Source of the DNA: Eledone cirrhosa | Lineage: Eukaryota | Assembly (NCBI GenBank): GCA_964016885.1 | Contig: OZ024746.1 | Coordinates: forward strand, 13,454,001-13,518,000 | Reading direction: 5' to 3' | Length of the DNA: 64,000 nt | In this document: in pieces, positions 63,161 through 64,000 of the stretch | How the letters are laid out: each line of letters begins with the position of its first letter | How positions within the stretch are numbered: position 1 is the first letter of the stretch | The notes under the pieces: generated by a model | Database searches by the model: none | Seen by the model: only the letters and a program-made list of their open reading frames with translations | Told to the model about the DNA's origin: nothing | Translations under genes and position numbers: made by a program

Positions 63161-64000
63161 GTAAATATTTCATGTATAATTTTATTTTTTTAAGTAAGGG
63201 GGAAAAAATTTACTCTATACTTTTACTGTTTGACTAATTCTTATGAATTTGTTTGCCGGTGCTGTCTATTACTCGTTCCTGTTGTTTTATAGACCGACGT
63301 TGTTACTCATTCGTAGAAGTCTTGGTGGTGTTGGGGGAATTATATGTAATTGTTGAAATTGGAGGCGGCGGCAGCAGCGATTTATGCAAATTTTCGATCT
63401 TTGCTTGTCTTTGGTTCCTACCTCATCCATTATACGCCACTTACAATATATCAGCAGCAGCGAACGTGCGTATTGCAGAATCGTGTTAGCGGCTTAATCC
63501 CTTAATATTACTGATATATAGCTCATCTTCCCTTCTCACGATTGTGTAGTCTCCTTTATATATATTGCCCGAGTCAATTATCTCATTTTCCCAACTAAAT
63601 TCTTACCTAAAAAAAAAAAAAAAAAAGAAATGCGGGACCTACATGTATCCAAAATGAAGGATCTCTCCATAGGTAGGTTTTTGTAGGTCTTAATTAATTA
63701 AATTCTTTGTTATTCTCTTAATTAATCTCTTCATAAACCTTCATCTTGTTTATAACTTCTTCCTTATCTCTGTTTAATATTTCTAATTTGAAATCATTCT
63801 AATTAATGAAAATTATATTTAAATTCATTTCTCATACTTTTTATTTGTTTCATTCTCGTGCTTTATGTAATCTGTTTAAAATTGCCAAAAATGGTGTTCG
63901 CGATCCTGTTTCTATTGTTCAGTTCCACTTCTGTTTTATTTCACTCGATTAATTCCTCTAAGCATTACATGTTTAATTTGTCTTACGTAAACCGGTATAA

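Noticed and set aside
63293-63489. Exon 2 of the + gene (acceptor at 63292, in frame with exon 1)
   Set aside because: Frame-compatible, but the peptide is unrecognisable and runs to a stop without a strong donor; not supportable without transcripts.

Overview
AT-rich, repeat-dense animal genomic DNA. The SINE/RTE/MITE repertoire looks like an Octopus-type cephalopod (inference). The ORF track misses every host gene because all are spliced. Hand reconstruction gives: (1) a complete HP1/chromobox (CBX1/3/5-family) gene on +, CDS join(16470..16502,16637..16788,16877..17036,18243..18343,26837..26984), 197 aa; (2) a complete heme transporter HRG1/SLC48A1 gene on -, CDS join(63031..62893,52246..52079,50579..50413), 157 aa; (3) the first coding exon of an unidentified + gene whose ATG is only 89 bp from the HRG1 ATG. 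The rest is a 3.2-kb 44-bp satellite, small minisatellites and decayed mobile elements (RTE LINEs, SINEs, mariner, piggyBac plus MITEs, pogo, BEL/Pao-like). The most striking unexplained structure is a candidate alternative-splicing cassette in the HP1 hinge intron: three tandem donors, a 38-nt exon and a 5-nt microexon (each restores frame only from the third donor), and an AG|GTAAGT site. There is also a candidate spliced transcript diverging from the HP1 promoter. All splice predictions are from sequence alone and need RNA-seq. No CRISPR, rRNA or genuine tRNA gene was found. TE boundaries are approximate unless TIR/TSD are quoted.
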